Assembly (NCBI GenBank): GCA_964591445.1
Contig: CAZQAW010000004.1
Coordinates: 1-62,605, forward strand
Origin: an uncultured Candidatus Saccharibacteria bacterium
GTDB taxonomy: Bacteria; Patescibacteriota; Minisyncoccia; Phycocordibacterales; UBA9973
Reading direction: 5' to 3'
Length of the DNA stretch: 62,605 bases
Within the stretch, counting starts at the first letter, position 1; each line of letters starts with the position of its first letter. The notes under the pieces were generated by a model, which did no database searches, had not been told where the DNA came from, and saw nothing but the letters and a program-made list of their open reading frames with translations. Positions 20,294-28,849 of this stretch are shown in pieces. The position numbers and the translations under genes are program-made.

Positions 20294-20515
20294 ATGAGTG
20301 GTACCAACCAAGATCGAATAGAAACAGTAACAGGAATAGTCTCTGAGGCTCTTCCTAGTACGCTCTTTCGCGTAAAGCTTAAAGATGATCAAGAAATCCT
20401 TGCATATCTTTCTGGGAAAATGCGCATGAATCGCATCAAAGTTTTGGTGGGAGACAAGGTAGAAATCGTCCTTGATCCGTATGGTGGAAAAGGGAGGGTT
20501 GTCAAAAGAATGTAA
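20294..20515 (+). CDS. infA: Translation initiation factor IF-1
   Basis: EALPSTLFRV, YLSGKMRMNRIKVLVGDKV. Confidence 0.96.
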   Translation: MSGTNQDRIETVTGIVSEALPSTLFRVKLKDDQEILAYLSGKMRMNRIKVLVGDKVEIVLDPYGGKGRVVKRM

Positions 20516-20533
20516 ATAGTGTAGTATACGGGA

Positions 20534-20571
20534 GCTGTCTCACAACAGCCAATGTAAGGGTTAACACCCTT
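20534..20571 (+). promoter_or_regulatory. Two-hairpin leader upstream of rpmJ-rpsM
   Basis: GCTGT-CTCACA-ACAGC and AAGGGT-TAAC-ACCCTT. Confidence 0.4.
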
Positions 20572-20599
20572 CATTTTTAACTTAATTTGGACATATCGC

Positions 20600-20710
20600 A
20601 TGAAAGTAAGATCACGAGTTTCAAAAATGTGTGAAAAGTGCAAGATCGTAAAACGCAAGGGTCATTTGCGAGTTATTTGTGATAATCCAAAGCATAAACA
20701 GAAACAATAA
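20600..20710 (+). CDS. rpmJ: 50S ribosomal protein L36 (36 aa, absent from ORF track)
   Basis: [36 protein letters not shown]; zinc-ribbon form. Confidence 0.95.
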   Translation: MKVRSRVSKMCEKCKIVKRKGHLRVICDNPKHKQKQ

Positions 20711-20722
20711 TTTTAATATTCT

Positions 20723-21103
20723 ATGAGAATACTTGGTATTACACTTCCAAATGAAAAGCGTCTCGATATTGCCCTTACCGCACTATACGGTATTGGTATT
20801 TCAAAGGCCCGTAAGATTTTAGATGAAGTCAAAGTTGAACACTCTGTGAAAGCAAAAGACATCTCTCCGGAAACAGAAAACAATATCCGAAAAATTGTTG
20901 AAGAGCTGAAGATTGAAGGTAACTTGAAGCGAGAAATTTCTGCAAATATCAAACGATTGAAAGACATTAAAGCATACCGAGGTATCCGACATCAGCGAAG
21001 CATGCCAGTACATGGCCAGCGCACAAAGACAAACTCTCGAACAGTTCGAGGAAACGTCCGAAAGACAATGTCATCTGGCCGCCGAAAGGAAAGTAAGACA
21101 TAA
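20723..21103 (+). CDS. rpsM: 30S ribosomal protein S13
   Basis: ALTALYGIG, YRGIRH, PVHGQRTKTN. Confidence 0.97.
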   Translation: MRILGITLPNEKRLDIALTALYGIGISKARKILDEVKVEHSVKAKDISPETENNIRKIVEELKIEGNLKREISANIKRLKDIKAYRGIRHQRSMPVHGQRTKTNSRTVRGNVRKTMSSGRRKESKT

Positions 21104-21135
21104 TTTAATTTATAAAATCACGATTGAGTCACACT

Positions 21136-21567
21136 ATGGGAAAAAAACGCATCATAACTAAAGAAGGAGGAGCCGAAGGAGCAAGCGCTGCTCGAGGTTC
21201 TTCACGAACACCAAAGAAGAAAATCACTTCTGGTACTTTGCACGTTGAAGCAACTTTCAACAACACAAAGGCTGTTGTGTCTGACAAAGAAGGCAACACA
21301 TTGTTTTGGTCTTCAGCCGGCATGCTCGGTTTTCGTGGTGCAAAGAAAGGCACTCCATTTGCTGCTTCAAAAGTAGGCGACGTTTTGGGTGAAAAGGCTT
21401 TTGCTCTTGGAATCAAAGACGTTGATGCGGTTGTCAAAGGCGTAGGATCAGGTCGTGAACCAACTATCCGTGCGTTTATCGCTCGCGGATTTGAGCTTTC
21501 AGGTATTCGTGATGTGACTCCAGTTCCTCACAATGGCCCGAAGCCAAAGAAGCCACGACGAGTATAA
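21136..21567 (+). CDS. rpsK: 30S ribosomal protein S11
   Basis: ATFNNT, KKGTPFAA, DVTPVPHNG. Confidence 0.97.
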   Translation: MGKKRIITKEGGAEGASAARGSSRTPKKKITSGTLHVEATFNNTKAVVSDKEGNTLFWSSAGMLGFRGAKKGTPFAASKVGDVLGEKAFALGIKDVDAVVKGVGSGREPTIRAFIARGFELSGIRDVTPVPHNGPKPKKPRRV

Positions 21568-21582
21568 TCTTATTTATTTTTT

Positions 21583-22191
21583 ATGATACAAGGACCTAAA
21601 TTTAAAATCTGCCGACGTCTCGGATCTGCGATCCACGAGAAATGCCAAACACAAAAGTTTGTTGTTTCTGAGGCTCGTCACAACAAAAAGAAAAGCTTGA
21701 AGAAGCCAAAACAAATGTCCGGCTTCGGCTCGCAGCTTCTCGAAAAGCAGAAGATCCGTTTCTCATACGGCGTATCTGAAAAGCAATTTTCAAACTACGT
21801 AAAGGATGCAGTTGCAACAAAAGGCGTTTCTGCATCAGATGCTCTGTATGAAAAGCTCGAATCTCGCCTCGACAACGTCGTCTACCGACTCGGACTTGCT
21901 CACACACGACCGCTCGCTCGACAGCTCGTTTCTCATGGCCACGTTACAGTCAACGGCAAGAAGTTGAACGTCGCGTCTTACCAAGTAAAGTCTGGCGACG
22001 TCGTAGCTGTCCGCGAAGGCAGCAAGAAAAGCGTCCTTTTTGCCGAACTCGACAAGAAACTCAAGAATTACTCAGTTCCAGCATGGCTCACATTTGACGC
22101 AACCAAGGCAGAAGCAAAAGTTGCCGGCAAGCCGAAAAACACCGAAGGCTTCCTCAACATCAACGCCGTTCTTGAATTCTACAGTCGCTAA
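21583..22191 (+). CDS. rpsD: 30S ribosomal protein S4
   Basis: LESRLDNVVYRLG, ARQLVSHGH. Confidence 0.97.
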   Translation: MIQGPKFKICRRLGSAIHEKCQTQKFVVSEARHNKKKSLKKPKQMSGFGSQLLEKQKIRFSYGVSEKQFSNYVKDAVATKGVSASDALYEKLESRLDNVVYRLGLAHTRPLARQLVSHGHVTVNGKKLNVASYQVKSGDVVAVREGSKKSVLFAELDKKLKNYSVPAWLTFDATKAEAKVAGKPKNTEGFLNINAVLEFYSR

Positions 22192-22252
22192 TCGTTTTAT
22201 TATCATTTCAAGTTTCAATTATTATTAGAAGTAAGTTTTGTAACACAAACAT

Positions 22253-23227
22253 ATGTCTCATAACATCATTTTGCCCTCAAAACCTCGCATAGTGCATGAA
22301 GAAGATACAAAAGGCGTTTACGAAATAGACGGCTTGTATCCAGGATACGGCCATACGCTCGGCAACTCTCTCCGCCGAATCATCCTTTCGTCTCTCCCGG
22401 GTGCAGCGATTACAAGTGTGAAGATCGACGGAGCTTCGCATGAATTTTCTGTGCTCGACGGTATGAAAGAAGACGTTGTCACACTTCTTCTCAATTTGAA
22501 GAAAGTACGTTTTCAGATGACAACAGACGAACCTCAGACTGCGACTATTTCTTTGAAAGGTATCAAGTCTGTAACCGCAAAGGACATCAAGGTGTCTGGT
22601 CAGCTTACAGTGCTTAACCCAGAACTTCACATTGCAGAACTTACTGACAAGAATGCAAACCTCAGTGTTGAACTCACTGTTGAACGCGGACTTGGTTTCG
22701 TGCAACGCGAAGCTCATCAGAAAGGCAAAGTAGACATTGGCACTATTGCTCTTGACGCAATTTTCACTCCTGTACGACGCGTGTCTTACGAAGTAGAAAA
22801 CATGCGCGTGGGCGACAAAACAAACCACAACCGACTTCGCATTAGCATCGAAACTGACGGCACTTTGTCTGCACGAGAAGCGCTTGAAAGCTCTATTGGC
22901 ATCATGATCGAACAGTTGAACGCGATCCTCGACTTCAAGCATGTTCTTCCAAAAGACGCTGACATGAAAGAAGAAAAAACATCTTCAAAAGATGAAGCTA
23001 CTCCATCTGGAGACAAAGAAGATTTGGCAGATGTTTTGAAGACTCGCATCGACACTCTTGACCTTTCAACTCGCACTTTGAACGCGCTTACGGAAGCCAA
23101 TATCCGTACAGTCGGCGGCATTGCGCGCAAGAAGAAAGAAGATTTGCTTGAACTTCCAGGAATGGGAGAAAAGGGAATTCAGGAGATTAAAAAGATTTTG
23201 AGTAGTTTTGGTATTACACTAAAGTAA
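22253..23227 (+). CDS. rpoA: RNA polymerase alpha subunit
   Basis: GYGHTLGNSLRRIILSSLPG, DAIFTPVRRV, alpha-CTD. Confidence 0.97.
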   Translation: MSHNIILPSKPRIVHEEDTKGVYEIDGLYPGYGHTLGNSLRRIILSSLPGAAITSVKIDGASHEFSVLDGMKEDVVTLLLNLKKVRFQMTTDEPQTATISLKGIKSVTAKDIKVSGQLTVLNPELHIAELTDKNANLSVELTVERGLGFVQREAHQKGKVDIGTIALDAIFTPVRRVSYEVENMRVGDKTNHNRLRISIETDGTLSAREALESSIGIMIEQLNAILDFKHVLPKDADMKEEKTSSKDEATPSGDKEDLADVLKTRIDTLDLSTRTLNALTEANIRTVGGIARKKKEDLLELPGMGEKGIQEIKKILSSFGITLK

Positions 23228-23236
23228 ATTGATTTT

Positions 23237-23590
23237 ATGAGACACCACAATTCAGTTCGAAAATTTGGAAGAAAGACAAACGTACGAAATGCGCTTTTGA
23301 AAGGGCTCGCTCTTTCTCTGATCAAGCATGGCCGTATTCAAACAACAGAAGCAAAAGCAAAAGAACTTCGACCATTCGTCGAAAAGCTGATTACTGTTGC
23401 GCGTCCAGGCACTGCGACAGCAAAGCGCATCGTCACATCACGACTTATGAACCGCGCTCCGGAAGTGAAGAAGTTTTTTGCAGATGTTGTGCCTCAATAT
23501 GCAGACCGAAAAGGCGGCTATACACGCATCTTGAAACTTCCTGCACGACTTGGCGATGGCAGCAAGATGGCTATTATTGAATTTGTATAA
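23237..23590 (+). CDS. rplQ: 50S ribosomal protein L17
   Basis: MRHH, TTEAKAKELR, GGYTRILK. Confidence 0.97.
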   Translation: MRHHNSVRKFGRKTNVRNALLKGLALSLIKHGRIQTTEAKAKELRPFVEKLITVARPGTATAKRIVTSRLMNRAPEVKKFFADVVPQYADRKGGYTRILKLPARLGDGSKMAIIEFV

Positions 23591-23609
23591 TTTTGAAATA
23601 TAAGGTACT

Positions 23610-23966
23610 ATGACAAGCGTTATGAAACACACAATCGATGCAGCAGGGAAATCACTCGGACGAGTAGCTAGTAAGGCTGCGGTTATTTTGATGGGCAAAA
23701 ATGAAGCAACATATGCTCCAAACAAGGTAACTCCTGTAAAGGTAGAAATTGTGAACGCTTCAAAGCTCAAACTTTCTGAAAAGAAACAGACAACGGTGTT
23801 TTATGAACGCTATAGTGGCTACCCAGGCGGTCTTACCAAGGAACGCATGGACGCACGTGCAGTCCGCAAAGGCTACAAAGTGATCGTCGAAGATGCGGTT
23901 TACGGCATGATCCCAGGCAACAAGCTCCGTGCTCGCATTATGAAGAACTTGATCGTTACCGAATAA
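23610..23966 (+). CDS. rplM: 50S ribosomal protein L13 (short form; start may be 23622)
   Basis: [20 protein letters not shown]. Confidence 0.93.
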   Translation: MTSVMKHTIDAAGKSLGRVASKAAVILMGKNEATYAPNKVTPVKVEIVNASKLKLSEKKQTTVFYERYSGYPGGLTKERMDARAVRKGYKVIVEDAVYGMIPGNKLRARIMKNLIVTE

Positions 23967-23970
23967 ATAT

Positions 23971-24378
23971 ATGGAAAAGACAAAGACTAAAAAATACATA
24001 GAAACTGTTGGACGACGCAAGACTTCTTCTGCTCGCGTACGAGTAACTGAAGCTGCGAAGAACGTGTTCATGGTAAACGACAAGGAGATGAATGACTACT
24101 TCCCGACACAAGAACTCAAGCGCGTAGTCACAGGCCCTGTCAAAGAACTTGGCAAGGACTCTAAATTTGAAATCACTGTCAAAGTTTCTGGCGGTGGATC
24201 ACATTCTCAGGCAGAAGCAGTCCGACACGGCATCTCTCGAGCTCTCGTAGAAATGAACGAAGAAGACCGAGGAACACTCAAAAAAGCTGGTTTCTTGAAG
24301 CGAGACCCTCGCATCAAAGAACGCCGCAAGTTCGGTCTCAAGAAAGCTCGTAAGGCTCCACAATGGAGTAAACGTTAA
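23971..24378 (+). CDS. rpsI: 30S ribosomal protein S9
   Basis: [35 protein letters not shown]. Confidence 0.97.
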   Translation: MEKTKTKKYIETVGRRKTSSARVRVTEAAKNVFMVNDKEMNDYFPTQELKRVVTGPVKELGKDSKFEITVKVSGGGSHSQAEAVRHGISRALVEMNEEDRGTLKKAGFLKRDPRIKERRKFGLKKARKAPQWSKR

Positions 24379-24396
24379 TCGAATCTCCAAACTCAA

Positions 24397-24421
24397 AAAA
24401 CCGCCCTTACCGGGCGGTTTT
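24397..24421 (+). terminator. Terminator of the ribosomal operon; T tract overlaps the next -35 box
   Basis: AAAACCGCCC-TTACC-GGGCGGTTTT; TTGACT at 24420-24425. Confidence 0.85.
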
Positions 24422-24495
24422 GACTTTTTACATATGTGTGCTATTATTGTAATGAATAAACAAATAACAACAAAATCACATTAAAACAAAAGAAG

Positions 24496-25089
24496 ATGTC
24501 TAAAACAACAACAGCACCACCGGAAAACTCACTGAATCTCAATGAGGTAAACAATTTTCAACAATTACTTATCAAGAATCTATCTTTAGATTCAGGAATC
24601 GTTAATAATTTTAAATACCGATTACAAAAGCACCCTCTGGGGGATAAGGTATTTTATCAACTTACTCACGATATTAAGATTGCTGAATATTACATTGAAG
24701 AATTGGCTTGCAATTCGTTTTTATCGGAGCAACAGTTCGTTAATGTACATAATCTCGCAAATCATCTGAGTAAAGAAAAATGGAAACATTTGGGTGAGCA
24801 CGGTTTTTTTAAAAAATATATCGTACATCCTCAGGCAGTGAAAAATCAAATATATATGCGTGACATATTTGATCTTGCAGGCCAGTATGCGAGTTGGATT
24901 AATTTTAAGAATACTATCCATGCCGTGCTTAGTGATGAAGTTGTCCTTACAAAAGATACATTTACTCATATCTTTTTTAATACCAAAAATGGCAAAGATA
25001 AGACCTTTGTCATTTTTAAGAACAATGAGATTACTAAGTACGGAAACATAAAAAAAATGATTGAGACCAAATATTCTCATTTTTTGTAA
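24496..25089 (+). CDS. Hypothetical protein (AT-rich insert)
   Basis: 197-aa ORF with own promoter and downstream hairpin. Confidence 0.75.
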   Translation: MSKTTTAPPENSLNLNEVNNFQQLLIKNLSLDSGIVNNFKYRLQKHPLGDKVFYQLTHDIKIAEYYIEELACNSFLSEQQFVNVHNLANHLSKEKWKHLGEHGFFKKYIVHPQAVKNQIYMRDIFDLAGQYASWINFKNTIHAVLSDEVVLTKDTFTHIFFNTKNGKDKTFVIFKNNEITKYGNIKKMIETKYSHFL

Positions 25090-25198
25090 AACAAATTTTT
25101 ACCCCAGCCAAAATACCGGCCGGGGTTTTTATGTACGGATACTTGACATATAGTATTAATTATGATAATATGTACTCGAACATAAAAAACAATTTTAT

Positions 25199-25759
25199 AT
25201 GAAAAAACTTAGTCTTATTGCGATTGTATTCTTCTGCGCATACGCAACCTTCGCCCAACAACGTTTAAGTTACCACATCAACACCGCAAACAATGCAGAT
25301 CAATCAGAGTTTACGATCACTGCACAGGTGTTTGCATCCAACAATAATAATGATGTATTTCACGGAGTAGCGAACGCATTTTCTAACCATGTTGGAAATG
25401 AGCTTAAAAGGCTTGCACCGGTTACCATTAAACCTAGTAGCATTTCCGTGGAACTTACTTACGAAGGAGCAGGTACTATGTCACTTACATACATTATTGT
25501 TTTACAAAAAACTATAAGTGGTGACGAAATGTACTATTTTGATCATAGAGGTGCACTGAGTGTATCTACTAATCAAGATGCTGCAAGAAATGATTCTCAG
25601 AGAAGATGTCTGGAACAGTTTAATGTTTCCATTAAGAATTTTAGAACTCAGTATGGAGAGAAAAATCTTATGACAAAAATTCCATACAATTATGGAACCA
25701 TTCAGAATGGAACTAACTATTGGTCAATTTCTGAAAGTTTCTTTGCATCAGCAAAGTAA
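25199..25759 (+). CDS. Secreted hypothetical protein
   Basis: Signal-peptide-like MKKLSLIAIVFFCAYATFA; promoter TTGACA-17-TAATAT upstream. Confidence 0.75.
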   Translation: MKKLSLIAIVFFCAYATFAQQRLSYHINTANNADQSEFTITAQVFASNNNNDVFHGVANAFSNHVGNELKRLAPVTIKPSSISVELTYEGAGTMSLTYIIVLQKTISGDEMYYFDHRGALSVSTNQDAARNDSQRRCLEQFNVSIKNFRTQYGEKNLMTKIPYNYGTIQNGTNYWSISESFFASAK

Positions 25760-25847
25760 AAGCACAGATAATTTATTTAAAAGCCGGATCAAATATGATT
25801 CGGTTTTTTTATTTGTCCAAATGAGAAAAATCCGTATAATAGAGGCT

Positions 25848-26432
25848 ATGAATGACGAGGAATTGAAGGACACAACTCATATCGAGCCCGAAGAAAACGT
25901 TTACGAGGACGTTGTGGAATTCGTCTACAACGAAGACGGAGAAGAAGATTTGAAGGCGACTTTGAAAAAGCTTCGTAAAGATTTGAAACAGGCGAGAACT
26001 GAAAAGCAAGAATATTTAACCAACTGGCAGAAAGAGCGAGCGGACTTTTTGAATTTTAAAAAAGATGAAGCTGAACGCGCAAAAGTTGTGAACTCTGTTG
26101 CGCGAGAAAGTTTTGCCGAGAGTTTGCTTCCGGTGTTGGACGCTTACGACATGGCATTCTCAAACAAAGAAGCTTGGGAAAAGGTGGACAAAAACTGGCG
26201 CATGGGTGTGGAGTATATTCACCAACAGCTTTTGAAAGTGCTTGCAGAAAATGGTATTGAAGAAATCCCGTCCAAAGAAGGCGACGCGTTTGATCCGAAT
26301 TTGCATCAGTCTGTGGAAATTATCAAAGAAGAAAGTAAGCCAGAAAATACGCTGGCAAAAATCTTGCAGAAAGGCTATAAAAACGGCTCACGTATTGTGC
26401 GCCCTGCCCGGGTGAATGTTTTTGGGAAATAA
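25848..26432 (+). CDS. grpE: Nucleotide exchange factor GrpE
   Basis: WQKERADFLNF, LLPVLD, FDPNLHQSV, QKGYK, RPARV; start reassigned to MNDEE. Confidence 0.95.
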   Translation: MNDEELKDTTHIEPEENVYEDVVEFVYNEDGEEDLKATLKKLRKDLKQARTEKQEYLTNWQKERADFLNFKKDEAERAKVVNSVARESFAESLLPVLDAYDMAFSNKEAWEKVDKNWRMGVEYIHQQLLKVLAENGIEEIPSKEGDAFDPNLHQSVEIIKEESKPENTLAKILQKGYKNGSRIVRPARVNVFGK

Positions 26433-26922
26433 AAAACCACTTCTTAATGAAGTGGTTAAATTTTTTAAAAACAATCTGCTAGGCCCTGTTTTTGCTTGAA
26501 CAGGTTACCGTAAAACGACACGACCCCGAATATAATAGACCCTTTCTAGCGGAGGGCATTACAACCTTTTAAGCGAAGTATTGCAATGTTTATCAGGCGG
26601 TAAATTCTCCTTCGTTTGACCCCGGCATTTTGAGCTTGGGAGTGTTTTAGCTCGTAATTATTTCAGCCCTATAAATTGCAAAAAGGGCATAGTACCTCAT
26701 GCAGAGAAGCAAATCGATATCCTCGCTATAAGACATCAATCTCTTATCATCTGCACTATTTCCATGATCCACGGTATAAAATATATATGGATAATCTCCG
26801 TTTTATTGTACGGAAAAGACAATTTCCCCATGTGTTAACCTTCCTTGGAGAACCTGAAGTGACCCCGCTCATTACGTTGTTATATTCGCAGATTGTTTCT
26901 GTGTAATGAACAGCTTTTACCT
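26430..26922 (-). ncRNA. Candidate ~490-nt non-coding transcript (or decayed gene)
   Basis: Minus promoter TTGCTT-17-TACCCT (26929-26957), minus-oriented terminator 26431-26457, 11-bp closing inverted repeat, no minus ORF >=60 aa. Confidence 0.35.
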
Positions 26923-27009
26923 ACTGAGAGGGTACCAGAATAAAGAAAGATAAGCAAACTATATGCTAAAATACATAAGTCGGTTTTATTTGATTTAATA
27001 TTTATTTTT

Positions 27010-27411
27010 ATGGACAAAGTACAACATTTTGAAATTCCTGTGGATGATATTGCTCGAGCGAAGGGTTTTTATGCGGCAAGCTTTGGCTGGCGCACAGCCG
27101 ACTGGCCAATGGCGGACGGCTCGACCTATGTCGGCATTTACACCGGCCCGACAGACGACAAGAACATGCTCGAAGAGAAAGGCTTTATCAACGGAGGCAT
27201 GTTCAAACGCGGTGGCAACTTTGCGCCGACAGCGCCGGTGATTACTCCTGTCGTGCAAGACATCGATGCGACAATTGCAAAGATTGAAGCAGCCGGCGGC
27301 GTTGTAGTTCAAACCAAAACAGAAATCCCAGGCATGGGCTATTATGCGTATGTGAAAGACTCAGAAGGGAATACAATCGGCATTTTTCAGGAAATAAAGA
27401 AAGCCGCATAA
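27010..27411 (+). CDS. VOC/glyoxalase family protein
   Basis: VQHFEIPVDD, GFINGGM, YAYVKDSEGNTIGI. Confidence 0.92.
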   Translation: MDKVQHFEIPVDDIARAKGFYAASFGWRTADWPMADGSTYVGIYTGPTDDKNMLEEKGFINGGMFKRGGNFAPTAPVITPVVQDIDATIAKIEAAGGVVVQTKTEIPGMGYYAYVKDSEGNTIGIFQEIKKAA

Positions 27412-27509
27412 CCACAAATTTACAATAAAAAGTCCTCCTCACCGAGGGCTTTTTATTTGACAAATTATAAAAACATGATACTATAAAGAAAATATAAAAT
27501 TTAAATCAA

Positions 27510-27842
27510 ATGAAAACATATCTGAGGTTATTTGTCGCAAATCCAGTAACAAGGTATAGTTTTATCTTACTACTCATCTCTGCCTTACTTACGAATAGTA
27601 AATTCTATTCCGTAGAGAATACTTATTTGCACTACAGTATTTCTTTGTTGTTTTGCACATCACTCAGTGTTCTTTTTGCAACAGTATTGGGACTCGATTC
27701 ATTGCGATCATACAATCGTTTTATGAAAGCACACCTTGCTGGTAAAAGAAAAATAACAGAGTGGGAGAAAAGTGTATATCCTTGCACTAATGCTGCACTC
27801 AAGTTAGCTCGAAAGGATATTGAAAAATTAGAAAAATTGTAG
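27510..27842 (+). CDS. Small membrane hypothetical protein
   Basis: Two TM segments; TTGACA-16-TACTAT promoter after the upstream terminator. Confidence 0.7.
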   Translation: MKTYLRLFVANPVTRYSFILLLISALLTNSKFYSVENTYLHYSISLLFCTSLSVLFATVLGLDSLRSYNRFMKAHLAGKRKITEWEKSVYPCTNAALKLARKDIEKLEKL

Positions 27843-27883
27843 AGCAATCTACTAAAAGGCTGGACTTAGTAAGTTCAGCCTTT

Positions 27884-28414
27884 TTATTTCCCAAAAACAT
27901 TAAACAGTACTTTCTCAGTTTCGCTGTCTAGTGAATCTGTCGTCAAAATCATGATCTCTGTCGTTAGGCCGAGATCTTTTTTTATGTTCGTAAACAAATG
28001 TTCAAATGGATATGGAGAAATCCAGGCGGAATTTTTGAGGCAGACAAAGCCGGCTTTTTTTAATAGGTAGCGAAGGCTTTCGCGTTCGGCTTTTCGACTT
28101 TCCGGCAAATCCAAAAGGATGATGCGCCATTTGCCGTCCCAGGTTGGGTTCAAGACCGCGGTGTCGTTTTCAAGCTTCAAACTATGAGCCTTTTTCTTGC
28201 CTTCTTTTGTCAGCCGGGCGTAGTCCTTTTGCCCGGAAGATATATTCTCTATCAAACCTGCCTCCCGAAGGCCTTTTATAGACCGTGTAAGGGCATATAA
28301 AGGCTTTTTAGAGCTGTTTTCTGCTAGGTTATGGGTAAGCTCGGGCAGGGAAATTGCGGGCTTCCCAGCAAGCAAAGTAAGGATTTTTTTAGAATAGTCA
28401 GGTTTTCTTGACAT
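27884..28414 (-). CDS. PaaX-like winged-helix regulator with Cas2/VapD-like domain
   Basis: LTKEG wing, WDGKWRIILLDLPE...[12 protein letters not shown]. Confidence 0.8.
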   Translation of the reverse strand: MSRKPDYSKKILTLLAGKPAISLPELTHNLAENSSKKPLYALTRSIKGLREAGLIENISSGQKDYARLTKEGKKKAHSLKLENDTAVLNPTWDGKWRIILLDLPESRKAERESLRYLLKKAGFVCLKNSAWISPYPFEHLFTNIKKDLGLTTEIMILTTDSLDSETEKVLFNVFGK

Positions 28415-28486
28415 AAGCAAATACTATCAGCTATAATCAATTTATACAAGTATTTCGCGGTCGCTAAAATTAAGTAAAATAAAATT

Positions 28487-28828
28487 ATGAATAATGAAAT
28501 AGCAAAATGTTTAGCTAGATTAACTGGTTTAAAATCAAACATCCCAACAGGGTGGGTTTTAGCAAAGTATGCAATTGAATTCAACTCAATAGTTGAGAAT
28601 TTAGAGAAAATTACAGAAGAAGATTTATCTGAATTTAAAATTCCTCCAAATGAGGTAAAACCTAGAGTTTCTGTTGCTTCTTCATTTGGTAATCAATATA
28701 CAAGCGAATCTTATTGTGATAGAGATTTTATAAAAATGAAGTTAGATAGTATTCTTTCATATTTTACAATTCTACTTCAACCAACTGAAATAAAAAATAA
28801 AATTGGATTTACAGTTGAAGATAATTAA
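28487..28828 (+). CDS. Hypothetical protein (AT-rich insert)
   Basis: 113-aa ORF ending KNKIGF, directly upstream of dnaK. Confidence 0.7.
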   Translation: MNNEIAKCLARLTGLKSNIPTGWVLAKYAIEFNSIVENLEKITEEDLSEFKIPPNEVKPRVSVASSFGNQYTSESYCDRDFIKMKLDSILSYFTILLQPTEIKNKIGFTVEDN

Positions 28829-28849
28829 AAATTAATTCATAAAAATCAT

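Noticed and set aside
26430-26922. tmRNA or RNase P RNA
   Set aside because: No tRNA-like T arm or acceptor ends, and no GAGGAAAGTCC-type P4 signature on either strand.
27884-28414. Cas2 / CRISPR locus
   Set aside because: The domain is fused to a PaaX-type wHTH, with no array or other cas genes.
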